Assembly: GCA_041671125.1 (NCBI GenBank)
Contig: JBAZCA010000003.1
Location: forward strand, 64,689-128,688
Direction: 5' to 3'
Length of the DNA stretch: 64,000 nucleotides
Origin: Patescibacteria group bacterium
Lineage (GTDB): Bacteria > Patescibacteriota > Patescibacteriia > Patescibacteriales > JBAZCA01
The position numbers and the translations under genes were made by a program. The notes below the pieces were generated by a model. The model ran no database searches. It was not told the DNA's origin and worked only from the letters and a program-made list of their open reading frames with translations. Shown here in pieces: positions 53,088 through 62,539 of the stretch; the first letter of the stretch is position 1; each line of letters starts with the position of its first letter.

Positions 53088-54479
53088 CTATTTTAAATTT
53101 TTGGTTAAGTATTTTTCCAATTCGCTTATCTTTATCCGCTCCTGAGTCATGCTGTCGCGGTCGCGGACGGTTACGGATTGGTCTTTTAAGCTGTCATAAT
53201 CAATGGTTACGCAGTAAGGGGTGCCGATTTCGTCCTGCCGGCGGTAGCGCTTGCCAATAGAGCCGGTTTCATCATATTCAGAGACAAAAGTTTCTTTTAA
53301 GCCGTCAAATATTTCTTTGGCGGATTTTACAAGCTCTTCTTTTTTCATTAAAGGGAAAATGGCGACCTTGATTGGGGCGATTTTTTTCGGAAATTTCATT
53401 ACTACCCGAGTTTCGCCTTCAACTTCTTCTTCCCTGTAAGCCGCGTCTAAGGCCGCGAGAACGCTCCGGTCAACTCCGAAAGTGGGTTCTAAAACGTGCG
53501 GGACATAACGGGTGTTGGCTTCGGCGTCAAAATATTCCAGCTTCTCGCCGGAAAATTTAGCGTGCTGGGTTAGGTCAAAATCGCTCCGGTGCGCGAGGCC
53601 GTATAATTCCTTAACGCCAAAAGGAAAATTATACATGGTATCAATGGTTTTCTTTGAGTAATGGGAAAGTTTTTCTTTTGGGTGTTCGTAGCGCGAAACA
53701 TTATCTTTCTTTAGGCCGAGTTCCAGGGCGAATTCTTCCTGTAAAACGAGCCAATTTTCAAACAACGGTTCCCAGTCGGTTTCCGGGTGAATGAAATATT
53801 CAATTTCCATCTGTTCAAACTCTCTTAAGCGGAAAATAAAATTACCGGCGACAATTTCATTCCTAAAGGCTTTGCCAATCTGGGCGATGCCAAAGGGAAT
53901 TTTTACCCGCATGGAATCAAGAATGTTTTTAAATTCAACGAAAATCGCTCCGGCGGTTTCCGGCCTAAGATAAACCGGAATATAATCGCCTTTGTCATCG
54001 GTAATGCCGTTCATTTCGGTTTTAAACATCATGTTGAATTTCCTTGTCTCGGTCCAGTCCGAAGCCCCGCAATTCGGGCATTTTATTTTTTCGTCTTTTA
54101 ATATTTTATCCATGGCCGGCAAATCACCCTCAAGGTCTTTGCCAGTAGCGTCCTCAACGACATGGTCGGCCCGGTAGCGCTTCTTGCACTTCCGGCAGTC
54201 CACCATAGCGTCATTAAAGCCGCCGACGTGTCCTGAGGCCTCCCAGAGCCTTGGGTGTAAAAGTATCGGCCCGTCAATGCCGACAATATCCGGCCGATCC
54301 TGGATGAATTTTTTCCACCAGAGCTTTTTAATATTATTTTTCAGCTCGGTGCCGTAAGGCCCGTAAGAATAGGCGTTAGCAAATCCGCCGTAGATTTCGC
54401 AGGCCGGAAAGATAAATCCCCTTCTTTTGCAGAGGGAAACAATCTTTTGCATCTGGTCATTGTTGTTTTCTTTTGACAT
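53088..54479 (-). CDS. glyQS: Glycine--tRNA ligase (dimeric class II, GlyQS type)
   Basis: RRGFIFPACEIYGG..N.YSYGPYG, RPETAGAIF, FRNEI and the C-terminal anticodon-binding domain. Confidence 0.95.
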   Translation of the reverse strand: MSKENNNDQMQKIVSLCKRRGFIFPACEIYGGFANAYSYGPYGTELKNNIKKLWWKKFIQDRPDIVGIDGPILLHPRLWEASGHVGGFNDAMVDCRKCKKRYRADHVVEDATGKDLEGDLPAMDKILKDEKIKCPNCGASDWTETRKFNMMFKTEMNGITDDKGDYIPVYLRPETAGAIFVEFKNILDSMRVKIPFGIAQIGKAFRNEIVAGNFIFRLREFEQMEIEYFIHPETDWEPLFENWLVLQEEFALELGLKKDNVSRYEHPKEKLSHYSKKTIDTMYNFPFGVKELYGLAHRSDFDLTQHAKFSGEKLEYFDAEANTRYVPHVLEPTFGVDRSVLAALDAAYREEEVEGETRVVMKFPKKIAPIKVAIFPLMKKEELVKSAKEIFDGLKETFVSEYDETGSIGKRYRRQDEIGTPYCVTIDYDSLKDQSVTVRDRDSMTQERIKISELEKYLTKNLK

Positions 54480-54712
54480 ATTTTTAGCGCGAGCGGCAAA
54501 TACAGATTTTATTAGCTGTTCTTCTGCCGCTTAATAATTAAAAAAACCTCGTTTTAACAATCTAAATAAATAGATTGCTAGAACGAGGTTTCAGCTCGCG
54601 GTTCCATCTAGCTTTCCCGAGTACTCGGGACGCCTTGATTATCCCGGCCATACCCCGCGCGAGGCGGAGAGCGAAAGGGAGCCAATCCCCTTTCTTTCAG
54701 GATTATGGTATA
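54480..54712 (-). ncRNA. T-box riboswitch leader of glyQS
   Basis: On the minus strand, AGAUGGAACCGCGAG (plus-strand 54594-54609) matches the T-box core (UGGA can pair with a tRNA-Gly UCCA end). An antiterminator GCUAGA...UCUAGC overlaps a long terminator hairpin (54547-54590) followed by U7. A promoter TTGACA (54736-54741) / TAATAT (54713-54718) lies upstream. Confidence 0.75.
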
Positions 54713-54816
54713 ATATTATATATATTTAACTCGTTTGTCAACACTAACGTATTGGTCAAAAGAAGATACTCGTTTAAATTTTAGCTAAAGATTGACTGGT
54801 AAGCTATATTTACTTG

Positions 54817-54845
54817 TTGACAAATTCACCTTAATAGTATATAAT
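54817..54845 (+). promoter_or_regulatory. Consensus sigma-70 promoter TTGACA-17 nt-TATAAT
   Basis: Read directly. It lies 34 nt upstream of the ATG at 54879. Confidence 0.7.
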
Positions 54846-54878
54846 TAAGTGAGTTGACTCACCAAAAAATATGATTTT

Positions 54879-56009
54879 ATGCAAATAATTCAAAGAAAAA
54901 TACAGGATTCAGTGGAAAAATCGCTTTTTAAGGGAAAAGTGGTGGTTATTTTAGGCGCCCGGCAAGTGGGAAAAACTACTTTAGTTAAAGAAATTCAGAA
55001 AAAATATCCGGATAATTCTATTTATTTAAATTGTGATGAACCGGATATCCGAAGCGCCTTTTCTAATAAAACTTCCACTGAAATGAAAGCGTATCTAGGA
55101 AATAAAAAGCTTGTCATTTTAGATGAAGCGCAAAGAGTTAAAAATATTGGCTTAACTTTAAAGCTAATGGCGGATAATTTTCCCGAAACGCAGGTGATTG
55201 CCACGGGATCATCCTCCTTTGATTTATCCAATGAAATTATTGAACCGCTAACCGGAAGAAAGTATGAGTTTTATCTTTACCCTTTTTCTCTTTCCGAGCT
55301 AAGAGCGGTTTATACGACAATAGAAATAAACCGTCTTTTAGAGCAAAGGATGGTTTTGGGGATGTATCCGGAAATTATCGGAGACGGGAAAGAAGCTGAG
55401 ATTAAGCTGAAAAATTTAGTTAAGAGCTATCTATATAAAGACATTCTTCAATTCCAAAACATTAAGCACGCCGAGGCGATTGAAAAATTACTTCAGGCTC
55501 TGGCGCTACAGATCGGCAATGAGGTTTCTTATAATGAGCTGGCTCAGACGGCGGGCGTGGATAAAAATACCGTAGCCAGCTATATCCAGATTTTAGAAAA
55601 AGCTTTTGTGGTTTTTCGGCTCCAGCCTTTTAGCCGGAATTTGAGAAATGAGTTAAAGAAAATGAGAAAAATTTATTTTTTTGATACCGGCGCGCGCAAC
55701 GCTCTCATAAATAATTTCAACCCTCTTAACCTTCGGCAAGACACGGGCGCTTTATGGGAAAATTTTATGATTAGTGAGAGATATAAGCGCAATCAAAATA
55801 ATAGTCTGGATAAGAATATTTATTTTTGGCGGACCAGGGAGGGGAAAGAAATTGATTATCTGGAAGAGGCCAAAGGGAAATTATCAGGCTTTGAGATTAA
55901 ATGGAACGAAAACAAATTTAAAAAGCCGCAAATATTTTTAGATACTTATCCGGGAAGCGAGCTTACTTTAATAAACAAGAATAATTATTGGGATTTTATC
56001 GGAGAGTAA
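54879..56009 (+). CDS. AAA-type ATPase with DUF4143-like C-terminal domain
   Basis: Walker A GARQVGKTT, Walker B VILDEAQ, and C-terminal IYFWRTREGKEIDYLEE, typical of the AAA_14/DUF4143 family. Confidence 0.8.
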   Translation: MQIIQRKIQDSVEKSLFKGKVVVILGARQVGKTTLVKEIQKKYPDNSIYLNCDEPDIRSAFSNKTSTEMKAYLGNKKLVILDEAQRVKNIGLTLKLMADNFPETQVIATGSSSFDLSNEIIEPLTGRKYEFYLYPFSLSELRAVYTTIEINRLLEQRMVLGMYPEIIGDGKEAEIKLKNLVKSYLYKDILQFQNIKHAEAIEKLLQALALQIGNEVSYNELAQTAGVDKNTVASYIQILEKAFVVFRLQPFSRNLRNELKKMRKIYFFDTGARNALINNFNPLNLRQDTGALWENFMISERYKRNQNNSLDKNIYFWRTREGKEIDYLEEAKGKLSGFEIKWNENKFKKPQIFLDTYPGSELTLINKNNYWDFIGE

Positions 56010-56132
56010 AGGCTTTTAATCATTTAGTCAAATTAGTTCGGATATAAGGAGTTATGCTGAAATATAAGTTTTTCTTTTGCCCTGCAAAAAGGCAAGGCAA
56101 CTTTTAAAAAGAATTCAATTTTGTTTTTTAAT

Positions 56133-56657
56133 ATGGAAAAAAGAAATCCGATCGTCATATTGAGTATATCTTTAAGATTTGCAAAAGAATATCTTGAAAT
56201 GCTTTGTGATATAAATAAGACTTACACGATGGAAGAAATTCAAGATTCTGATGAGCTATTATGCAAACGACGGGCTCTATGGATTGCTTTAATTATTGAA
56301 ATAGGTTGCTTATTTGATACCTATGAAGCGAAAAATAAAAAAGTTATTTCATTTAAAAAAATTAACATTCCAATTGTAAAAGAAAAAATTGATAAAATTC
56401 ACGGAAACTCAATTATAGGAAGAATAATAGAAACGAGAAAAACTTTTACTGCGCATAAAGGACAAGAAAAAATCAATCCTATTTCAGTCGAAGAACTATG
56501 CGATTCAAAGCTTAAAATTTTACTAGGTGAATTAGACCAACCACTAATTGATTTTGAAAATTGGCTAAAGCAAGATCCAAAATTAGAGAATGAATATATT
56601 TACAGAAAAACTTTGGATACTCGTAACGTTAAACGAAATTGCCACGACTATCTTTAA
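56133..56657 (+). CDS. Hypothetical protein with a possible HEPN-type R-x5-H motif
   Basis: Helical, very AT-rich gene. RKTFTAH fits the Rx4-6H HEPN pattern seen in Abi-type proteins. No other support. Confidence 0.45.
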   Translation: MEKRNPIVILSISLRFAKEYLEMLCDINKTYTMEEIQDSDELLCKRRALWIALIIEIGCLFDTYEAKNKKVISFKKINIPIVKEKIDKIHGNSIIGRIIETRKTFTAHKGQEKINPISVEELCDSKLKILLGELDQPLIDFENWLKQDPKLENEYIYRKTLDTRNVKRNCHDYL

Positions 56658-56686
56658 TTAATTTGGGCAGTTTTTAGCTCAATTAC

Positions 56687-57364
56687 ATGACACAAAAGGA
56701 GCTTCTAAGGCATTTGGCAGATATTATCACGGCCACAAAAAGACGTTATCCTTTGAGAGTTGGGATTGACGGCGTTGACGCATCCGGCAAAACAACTTTA
56801 GCGGATTCGCTCGCTGATTATCTAAGATCATTAAACCTTAATGTCATTAGAGCTTCTATAGACGGTTTTCATAATCCCAAAGTTATCCGTTATGAAAAAG
56901 GCCGAAATTCACCCGAGGGCTATTACAGGGATTCATTTAACAATAAAGCCATAATTGATAATCTGCTCGCTCCTTTGGGAGAAAATGGCGATTTAAAATA
57001 TAAAAAAGCGGTTTTTGATTTTAAAGCGGATTCAGAAGTTGTTTTGCCTTTTGAGACGGCTAAACCCGACTCAATATTAATTATGGATGGCGTCTTTTTG
57101 TTCCGTCCCGAATTGGTTAACTACTGGGACATAAAAATATTTCTGGAAGCCGATTTCAAAATCACCGTTGATAGAGCTAAGAAACGGGATAGATACTTGC
57201 TTGGATCGGAAAATGAAATTTTTGAAAAATATGAACAACGGTATGTGCCCGGCCAGAAACTATATTTTGAAGAAGCTAAACCACAAGAAAAAGCTGATAT
57301 AATAATAGACAACAGTAATTTTGAAAATCCGACAATATTACGAGAACTAAAAACTGCCCATTAA
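56687..57364 (+). CDS. P-loop kinase of the uridine kinase/phosphoribulokinase family
   Basis: VGIDGVDASGKTTLADSLA (Walker A), ILIMDGVFLFRPEL and DRAKKRD. Confidence 0.7.
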   Translation: MTQKELLRHLADIITATKRRYPLRVGIDGVDASGKTTLADSLADYLRSLNLNVIRASIDGFHNPKVIRYEKGRNSPEGYYRDSFNNKAIIDNLLAPLGENGDLKYKKAVFDFKADSEVVLPFETAKPDSILIMDGVFLFRPELVNYWDIKIFLEADFKITVDRAKKRDRYLLGSENEIFEKYEQRYVPGQKLYFEEAKPQEKADIIIDNSNFENPTILRELKTAH

Positions 57365-57487
57365 ATTAAGATATTAGTGGCGGCGGCTGCTTTGGTCGCG
57401 CAATATTTGAGAATAAATAAAAATATTATTAAGCTTAGATGACTAACTTTTAGATAGACACCTTAGAAATTAAGATTTTTTATTTTT

Positions 57488-57709
57488 ATGTTTAATCCAA
57501 AAAAAACTTCAATTGGCTGTTTTTTATTAACGTTTATTGCGTCATTTTTAGTACTTTATTTTGTTGTCTTTTATTTGGGAGACCCGGGGGGAGGACACAA
57601 AGGACAATATAGAGAAATAATGGCAGATCCCTTGACTTATTTAATTTTAATTCTTATTTCATTGTTGTTTTCCATAATTTTTAAATGGATAATGGGAAAA
57701 AAGTATTAA
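57488..57709 (+). CDS. Hypothetical small membrane protein
   Basis: 73 aa with two hydrophobic helices. Confidence 0.4.
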   Translation: MFNPKKTSIGCFLLTFIASFLVLYFVVFYLGDPGGGHKGQYREIMADPLTYLILILISLLFSIIFKWIMGKKY

Positions 57710-57844
57710 CATAAAGAGCCGTTCTCTTCTATTTTTTTACGCAACAATAGTGAGGAGGGTTAAACAAACCCTCACTCAACCTTCTATGTAGATATGAAAT
57801 TTAATTTTTTATTTAAGGCGACTAAAATCTAAGGAGCTATTATT

Positions 57845-58384
57845 ATGCAAAACATCACAAAAAGGCGGATTGTATGGGCTATTGTCGTAGCGTTTATATT
57901 GATGTTGCCTCTGGCGATGCGGTTCACTAATGAAGTGCAGTGGGGCGAGGCCGTTGCTTATGGCGTCATGCTGTTGGTTGCTGGCGGATTTTTTGAACTG
58001 TGGCAATGGTTGAAGACGCGCGCCAGGGCGTACCGCATCGCTTTCGGCGTCGGACTGGCGGGGGCGTTTTTTCTCGGTTGGGTGAGTGGCGCTGTCGGCA
58101 TCATCGGGAGCGAAAATAACCCCGCCAATTTGATGTATTGGGCAGTACCCGCCGTCCTGCTTATCGGCTCTCTTATTTCACGCTTTAAGCCGGGCGGAAT
58201 GGCGCGCGCGTTATTCGCGGCGGCGGTTGTTCAGGCGTTGGTTCCGGCAGTCGCGCTTTTTATCTGGCCGGCTGAAGCTTCCTGGGGCGAGGCGGGCGTT
58301 ATCGGCGTTTTCGTTATTAATTCCATTTTTGCCGCGCTGTTTGCCGTGTCGGCATTGTTTTTTCGCCGCGCGAATGCCCGCTAA
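57845..58384 (+). CDS. Hypothetical multi-TM membrane protein in a GC-rich islet
   Basis: AAGGAG lies 8 nt upstream of the ATG. 5-6 hydrophobic helices. The codon usage is visibly GC-biased relative to the flanks. Confidence 0.6.
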   Translation: MQNITKRRIVWAIVVAFILMLPLAMRFTNEVQWGEAVAYGVMLLVAGGFFELWQWLKTRARAYRIAFGVGLAGAFFLGWVSGAVGIIGSENNPANLMYWAVPAVLLIGSLISRFKPGGMARALFAAAVVQALVPAVALFIWPAEASWGEAGVIGVFVINSIFAALFAVSALFFRRANAR

Positions 58385-58425
58385 AAATCAAGAACGTATT
58401 GCTGGAAAGAAGAAAGGGTAATTTT

Positions 58426-60147
58426 TTACATCTCCTCCAAAGTCTCAATGCCTAATAGATAGAGTCCGTTTTTTATAACCTGATTGACGGCTTTAAGTAG
58501 GGTTAGGCGGGCTTCTCTTATTTTTGCGTCGGCTTTTAAAACCGGCGCGTCGTGGTAGTAGTCGTTAACCGCCTGCGCGAGTTCAAATAAATATTTGGCG
58601 ACTTCGGCCGGGTCATAATTAGCGCCGGCTTTTTCTATAATCTCCGGGTATTTAGCCAGTTTTAAAATTATCTGGTGTTCCTTCGGGTGGGAGAGATTTT
58701 CTAAATTGGCTTTAATTTTTTTGCCCGGCAGATCTTTTGCTTTCCGGAAAATGCTTTCTATCCGGGCGTAAGCGTATTGGACGTAGGGGCCGCTCGCGCC
58801 GGAAAGGCTGATAGATTCGTCAATGTCAAAAACTATTTCCTTATTGATGCCGGATTTCAGGATGGAATATTTTACGGCCCCGAGACTGACTTTTCTTATT
58901 ACTTCTTCCCTGTCGCCCGCGTTTTTATTCTCTTTGGCGATAACGGCTATTTTTTTCGCCACCTCGTCTAAAAGCCATTCGCCTAAAACTACATTCCCGA
59001 GGCGGGAACTCATTTTTCCGTCTTTTAGCCGGACCCAGCCGTAAGGCAGATGGATTTCCACGCCCTTTAGTTTAGGAAAAATTTCTTCAATCGCTTTAAT
59101 TATGACTTTAAAATATTCGTTTTGCTCGGTCGCGACGATGTGAATTATTTTTTCCGGCTTATATTCCTTAAATTGCAGTTCGGCGAGGCCCGCGTCTTTG
59201 CCTTCGTAAGTCGGAAAGCCTTCGGAGTTTATGAAAACCCGGCTATGGAGGCCGTATTTTTCGCCGGGGAAAATTATCGCCCCGTTGCTTTTTTCAAAGA
59301 TGCTTTTTTTAAGATTTTCCAGGACAATTTTTTTTCCGCTTAAGAAAACTTCGGATTCAAAATACAACCGGTCAAACTTAGTTCCGAGCCGCTTATAGAT
59401 ATTATTAAAATATTCAAGGCTCCAATCCCTGGTTTTTTCGTAGGTTGCTTTAATAGTTTCGTCTTTGGAATAAATCTGCTTATTGATTTTGATAATTTCG
59501 CTTTTTACTTCCGCGCTTGCTTCGTAATTTTCACTGCCCAAAGCGTAAGCCCGACCTAAAAACTTTACTTTTTCTTCTATGGGTTTTCCCGTAGCGGCCT
59601 CATATTCGGCCGTCAGCTTATTAATGCCCCAAAGGCATTTGGCGATATGGAGCCCGACGTCGCCCTGATAATTCGCCCGGATTACCTTAAAGCCGTTTAC
59701 TCCCATAATCCGCGCGACCGCCTCGCCGGTAATAATATTTCTTAAGTGGCCGATATGAAAAGCTTTGTGGGTGTTTGGGTGGGCGTATTCCAGCATGATT
59801 TTTTTTCTTTTGCCGCCCTTATTCGCGCCGTATTTATTTTTTTCTTTGGCGATTTCTTTTAAGCCGGGTTTAGCCAGCTCGGAAACGTTTAAGGTAAAAT
59901 TAAGATAGGGGCCGGCGGTTTTAACTTCGCTTATGATATTGTCTCCCTTGATTTTTTCCGCTAGTTCTTTCGCGGTCTCGGCCGGGTTCTTTTTGAATTC
60001 TTTGGCCAGCGAAAAGCAGGCCAGGCTTAAGTCGCCGAAACCGGAGTTTTGCGGATAAGTAAAATCAGCCGGATTAATAAAACTACCACCGGCTGACACG
60101 TTAACCTTATCGGCTAAATGTTTCTTTATTTTACTTAGAGAGTTCAT
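58426..60147 (-). CDS. argS: Arginine--tRNA ligase
   Basis: Class I HIGH variant (HPNTHKAFHIGHLRN) and the KMSS-type MSSRLG. Start set at MNSLSK so it does not overlap tyrS. Confidence 0.9.
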   Translation of the reverse strand: MNSLSKIKKHLADKVNVSAGGSFINPADFTYPQNSGFGDLSLACFSLAKEFKKNPAETAKELAEKIKGDNIISEVKTAGPYLNFTLNVSELAKPGLKEIAKEKNKYGANKGGKRKKIMLEYAHPNTHKAFHIGHLRNIITGEAVARIMGVNGFKVIRANYQGDVGLHIAKCLWGINKLTAEYEAATGKPIEEKVKFLGRAYALGSENYEASAEVKSEIIKINKQIYSKDETIKATYEKTRDWSLEYFNNIYKRLGTKFDRLYFESEVFLSGKKIVLENLKKSIFEKSNGAIIFPGEKYGLHSRVFINSEGFPTYEGKDAGLAELQFKEYKPEKIIHIVATEQNEYFKVIIKAIEEIFPKLKGVEIHLPYGWVRLKDGKMSSRLGNVVLGEWLLDEVAKKIAVIAKENKNAGDREEVIRKVSLGAVKYSILKSGINKEIVFDIDESISLSGASGPYVQYAYARIESIFRKAKDLPGKKIKANLENLSHPKEHQIILKLAKYPEIIEKAGANYDPAEVAKYLFELAQAVNDYYHDAPVLKADAKIREARLTLLKAVNQVIKNGLYLLGIETLEEM

Positions 60148-60151
60148 AATA

Positions 60152-61354
60152 TTAATCCTTAATCTTTCGAAAATTTTTCTTTCCAACCTTTAAAACTTTT
60201 TCATTATCACTTTCTTTTATTAAATATTTAAAATCTTTAATTACTAATCCATCAATACTAACTCCACCCTGTTCAATTTTTCTTCGAGCATCACTATTAC
60301 TACTTGCTAAACCTTCGTTAACTAATAACTGTACCAAGGAGACTCCTGGTGGTGCGGGCGAAGGAGCTATCTCGTCTGGATATTCTTTTTTTTGAAAAGT
60401 TTTAATAAAATTACTTTCCGCCGCCGCGGCTTTTTTCTCGCCGTGGTAAATCCCGGCAATCTCATTAGCCAGTTTCATTTTTAAATCCCGCGGATTGGTT
60501 TTTCCGCTTTCTATTTCTCTCTTAATTTCTGCTATTTCATCCGCTGGAAGGCTGGTGCAGAGAGTAAAATATCTTACGATTAAATCGTCAGCCAGAGACA
60601 TTATTTTTCCGTACATTTCTTCGGGTTTTTCCGTTAAAGCAATGTAGTTATTAAGGCTTTTTGACATTTTGTCCTTGCCGTAAAGCCCTTCCAGAAGAGG
60701 ACAGGTAATAATATCCTGAGGAGGCTGATCATATCGTTTTTGCAGCTGGCGACCCATGAGAAGGTTAAATTTCTGATCCGTGCCGCCGATTTCAACATCA
60801 GCTTTTAAAGCTACTGAATCATATCCCTGCATGGCCGGATAAAGAAATTCCTGGATGCTCAAATCTTGATCTTTTTTAATTCTTTCTTTAAAATCCGCCC
60901 TCTGTGCCATCTGGGCGTAAGTGATCTTAGAAGTGAGTATTATCAGCTCTTTTAAGTCCAGCTTCGCGAGCCATTCCGAATTATGCCGGACTTCAACTTT
61001 TTTCATGTTAATAATTTTTCCCGCCTGTTCCTGATAACTCTTCATGTTGCTTTTAATTTCTTTGTCAGTCAAAGGCTTGCGGGCTTCGCTTCGGCCGGTC
61101 GGGTCGCCGATTCGGGCGGTAAAGTCGCCGATTAAAAAAATAATGACATGCCCGAGATCCTGAAAATCTTTTAATTTATTAAGGACAACAGCATGCCCGA
61201 GGTGCAGAACCGAGCCGGTTGGGTCAATACCCAGTTTAATTCTCAATTTTTCTCCGGCGAGCATCCTTTTTTCGAGGTTTTCTTTGACGATAACTTCCTC
61301 CACTCCCCTGCTTAAGACTTCCTTAATTTTTTCCTGGTTAGTTAAGGTTGGCAT
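60152..61354 (-). CDS. tyrS: Tyrosine--tRNA ligase
   Basis: HLGH, KMSKS and the C-terminal S4-like domain. Confidence 0.95.
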   Translation of the reverse strand: MPTLTNQEKIKEVLSRGVEEVIVKENLEKRMLAGEKLRIKLGIDPTGSVLHLGHAVVLNKLKDFQDLGHVIIFLIGDFTARIGDPTGRSEARKPLTDKEIKSNMKSYQEQAGKIINMKKVEVRHNSEWLAKLDLKELIILTSKITYAQMAQRADFKERIKKDQDLSIQEFLYPAMQGYDSVALKADVEIGGTDQKFNLLMGRQLQKRYDQPPQDIITCPLLEGLYGKDKMSKSLNNYIALTEKPEEMYGKIMSLADDLIVRYFTLCTSLPADEIAEIKREIESGKTNPRDLKMKLANEIAGIYHGEKKAAAAESNFIKTFQKKEYPDEIAPSPAPPGVSLVQLLVNEGLASSNSDARRKIEQGGVSIDGLVIKDFKYLIKESDNEKVLKVGKKNFRKIKD

Positions 61355-61483
61355 AGTTTAGTGAATTTTAGCTAAGAAATGAATAATTATGGGTTTATTT
61401 TAGCTGAAAATTCATTAACGCGCAACCCGGCGGATTTAGACCTCTAACTTGTGTTTTTTTATTTAAATGATTAAAATAGAAAC

Positions 61484-61828
61484 ATGGTCAAGCAAATTTT
61501 AATTATCATCGGCATAATAGCGGCCGGCGCTCTCGGTTATTTGTTTTTGTTTGATAAAAACGCCGACGCCGGAACCATCCTTTATTTCGGCGATACCTGC
61601 CCGCATTGCGAGAACGTGGAAAATTACATAAAAGACAATAATATTGACGGAAAAATTGAAATTGTGAGAAAAGAAGTATATAAAAATCAGAAAAATGCCA
61701 GGGAAATGGCGCAAAAAGCGGAAAAATGCGGCCTGCCGACCGGCCAAATCGGCGTTCCGTTATTGTGGGACAACGGCCAGTGCTTTATCGGCGATCAACC
61801 CATTATTGACTATCTAGGAAAGAAATAA
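61484..61828 (+). CDS. Membrane-anchored thioredoxin/glutaredoxin-fold protein (CPHC)
   Basis: N-terminal TM helix, CPHC active site and cis-Pro-like GVPLL. Confidence 0.7.
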   Translation: MVKQILIIIGIIAAGALGYLFLFDKNADAGTILYFGDTCPHCENVENYIKDNNIDGKIEIVRKEVYKNQKNAREMAQKAEKCGLPTGQIGVPLLWDNGQCFIGDQPIIDYLGKK

Positions 61829-61866
61829 CCTTAGATTGTCCGAGAACTACTTTTTTGTCATCCTGA

Positions 61867-61955
61867 GCGGAACGCAGTGAAGCGAAGGATCTGCAAACTT
61901 GGTAAAATTCACAGACGTAGATTCTTCGCCTTCGGCTCAGAATAATAATTGTCGG
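61867..61955. repeat. Palindromic repeat family B copy (3' terminus degenerate)
   Basis: gtcatcctgagcggaacgcagtgaagcgaaggatctgc...tagattcttcgccttcggctcagaataat. About 90% identical to 43402-43491. Confidence 0.9.
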
Positions 61956-62477
61956 ATGGATATGAATAAGAAATTTATGCGAAAAGCTTTTTATATATTA
62001 CCGGTTTTAGGGTTATTAAAAGCCGGCGCGGTCAAAGCCATTTGTCCGCTTTGCACGGTTACTGTCATTGCCGCCACCGGACTCTCAAGGTGGCTCGGGA
62101 TTGATGACGTAATTTCGGGGCTTTGGATCGGCGGGGTTACGGTTTCTTTAATTGTCTGGACCCTTGATTACCTGGGAAAAAAAGACTGGCGTTTTAAATA
62201 TGACATTCCCGCGGTATCGCTCGGTTATTATATTCTGATTTACGCTTCGCTCCTTTTAGGCGACCTGGTCTTTCATCCTAAAAACACGCTTTGGGGTATT
62301 GATAAGCTTATATTAGGAACGATTATTGGCAGTATTTTCTTTTTGGCCGCGGTTCTCGGCTATGAATATTTAAAGAAGAAGAATGACGGCAAAGCCCATT
62401 TTCCTTACGAAAAAGTCGCCCTGCCGGTCGGCGCGCTTTTAGCGTTAAGCGGCGTTTTTTATTTAATTACTAAGTAA
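61956..62477 (+). CDS. Hypothetical 4-5 TM membrane protein with CPLC motif
   Basis: Start moved to 61956/61962 because 61899-61955 is repeat family B sequence. CPLC lies at the first TM helix. Confidence 0.55.
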   Translation: MDMNKKFMRKAFYILPVLGLLKAGAVKAICPLCTVTVIAATGLSRWLGIDDVISGLWIGGVTVSLIVWTLDYLGKKDWRFKYDIPAVSLGYYILIYASLLLGDLVFHPKNTLWGIDKLILGTIIGSIFFLAAVLGYEYLKKKNDGKAHFPYEKVALPVGALLALSGVFYLITK

Positions 62478-62539
62478 AAAAATTTTGTAAAATTCCATAA
62501 CCCATAACGCTATTCTTAAATAAAGAAATTTTATGGGCT

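Noticed and set aside
60148-60186. 13-codon N-terminal extension of argS overlapping the tyrS 3' end
   Set aside because: The ATG at 60147 (MNSLSK...) gives a standard ArgRS N-terminus and removes the overlap. The extension is unsupported.
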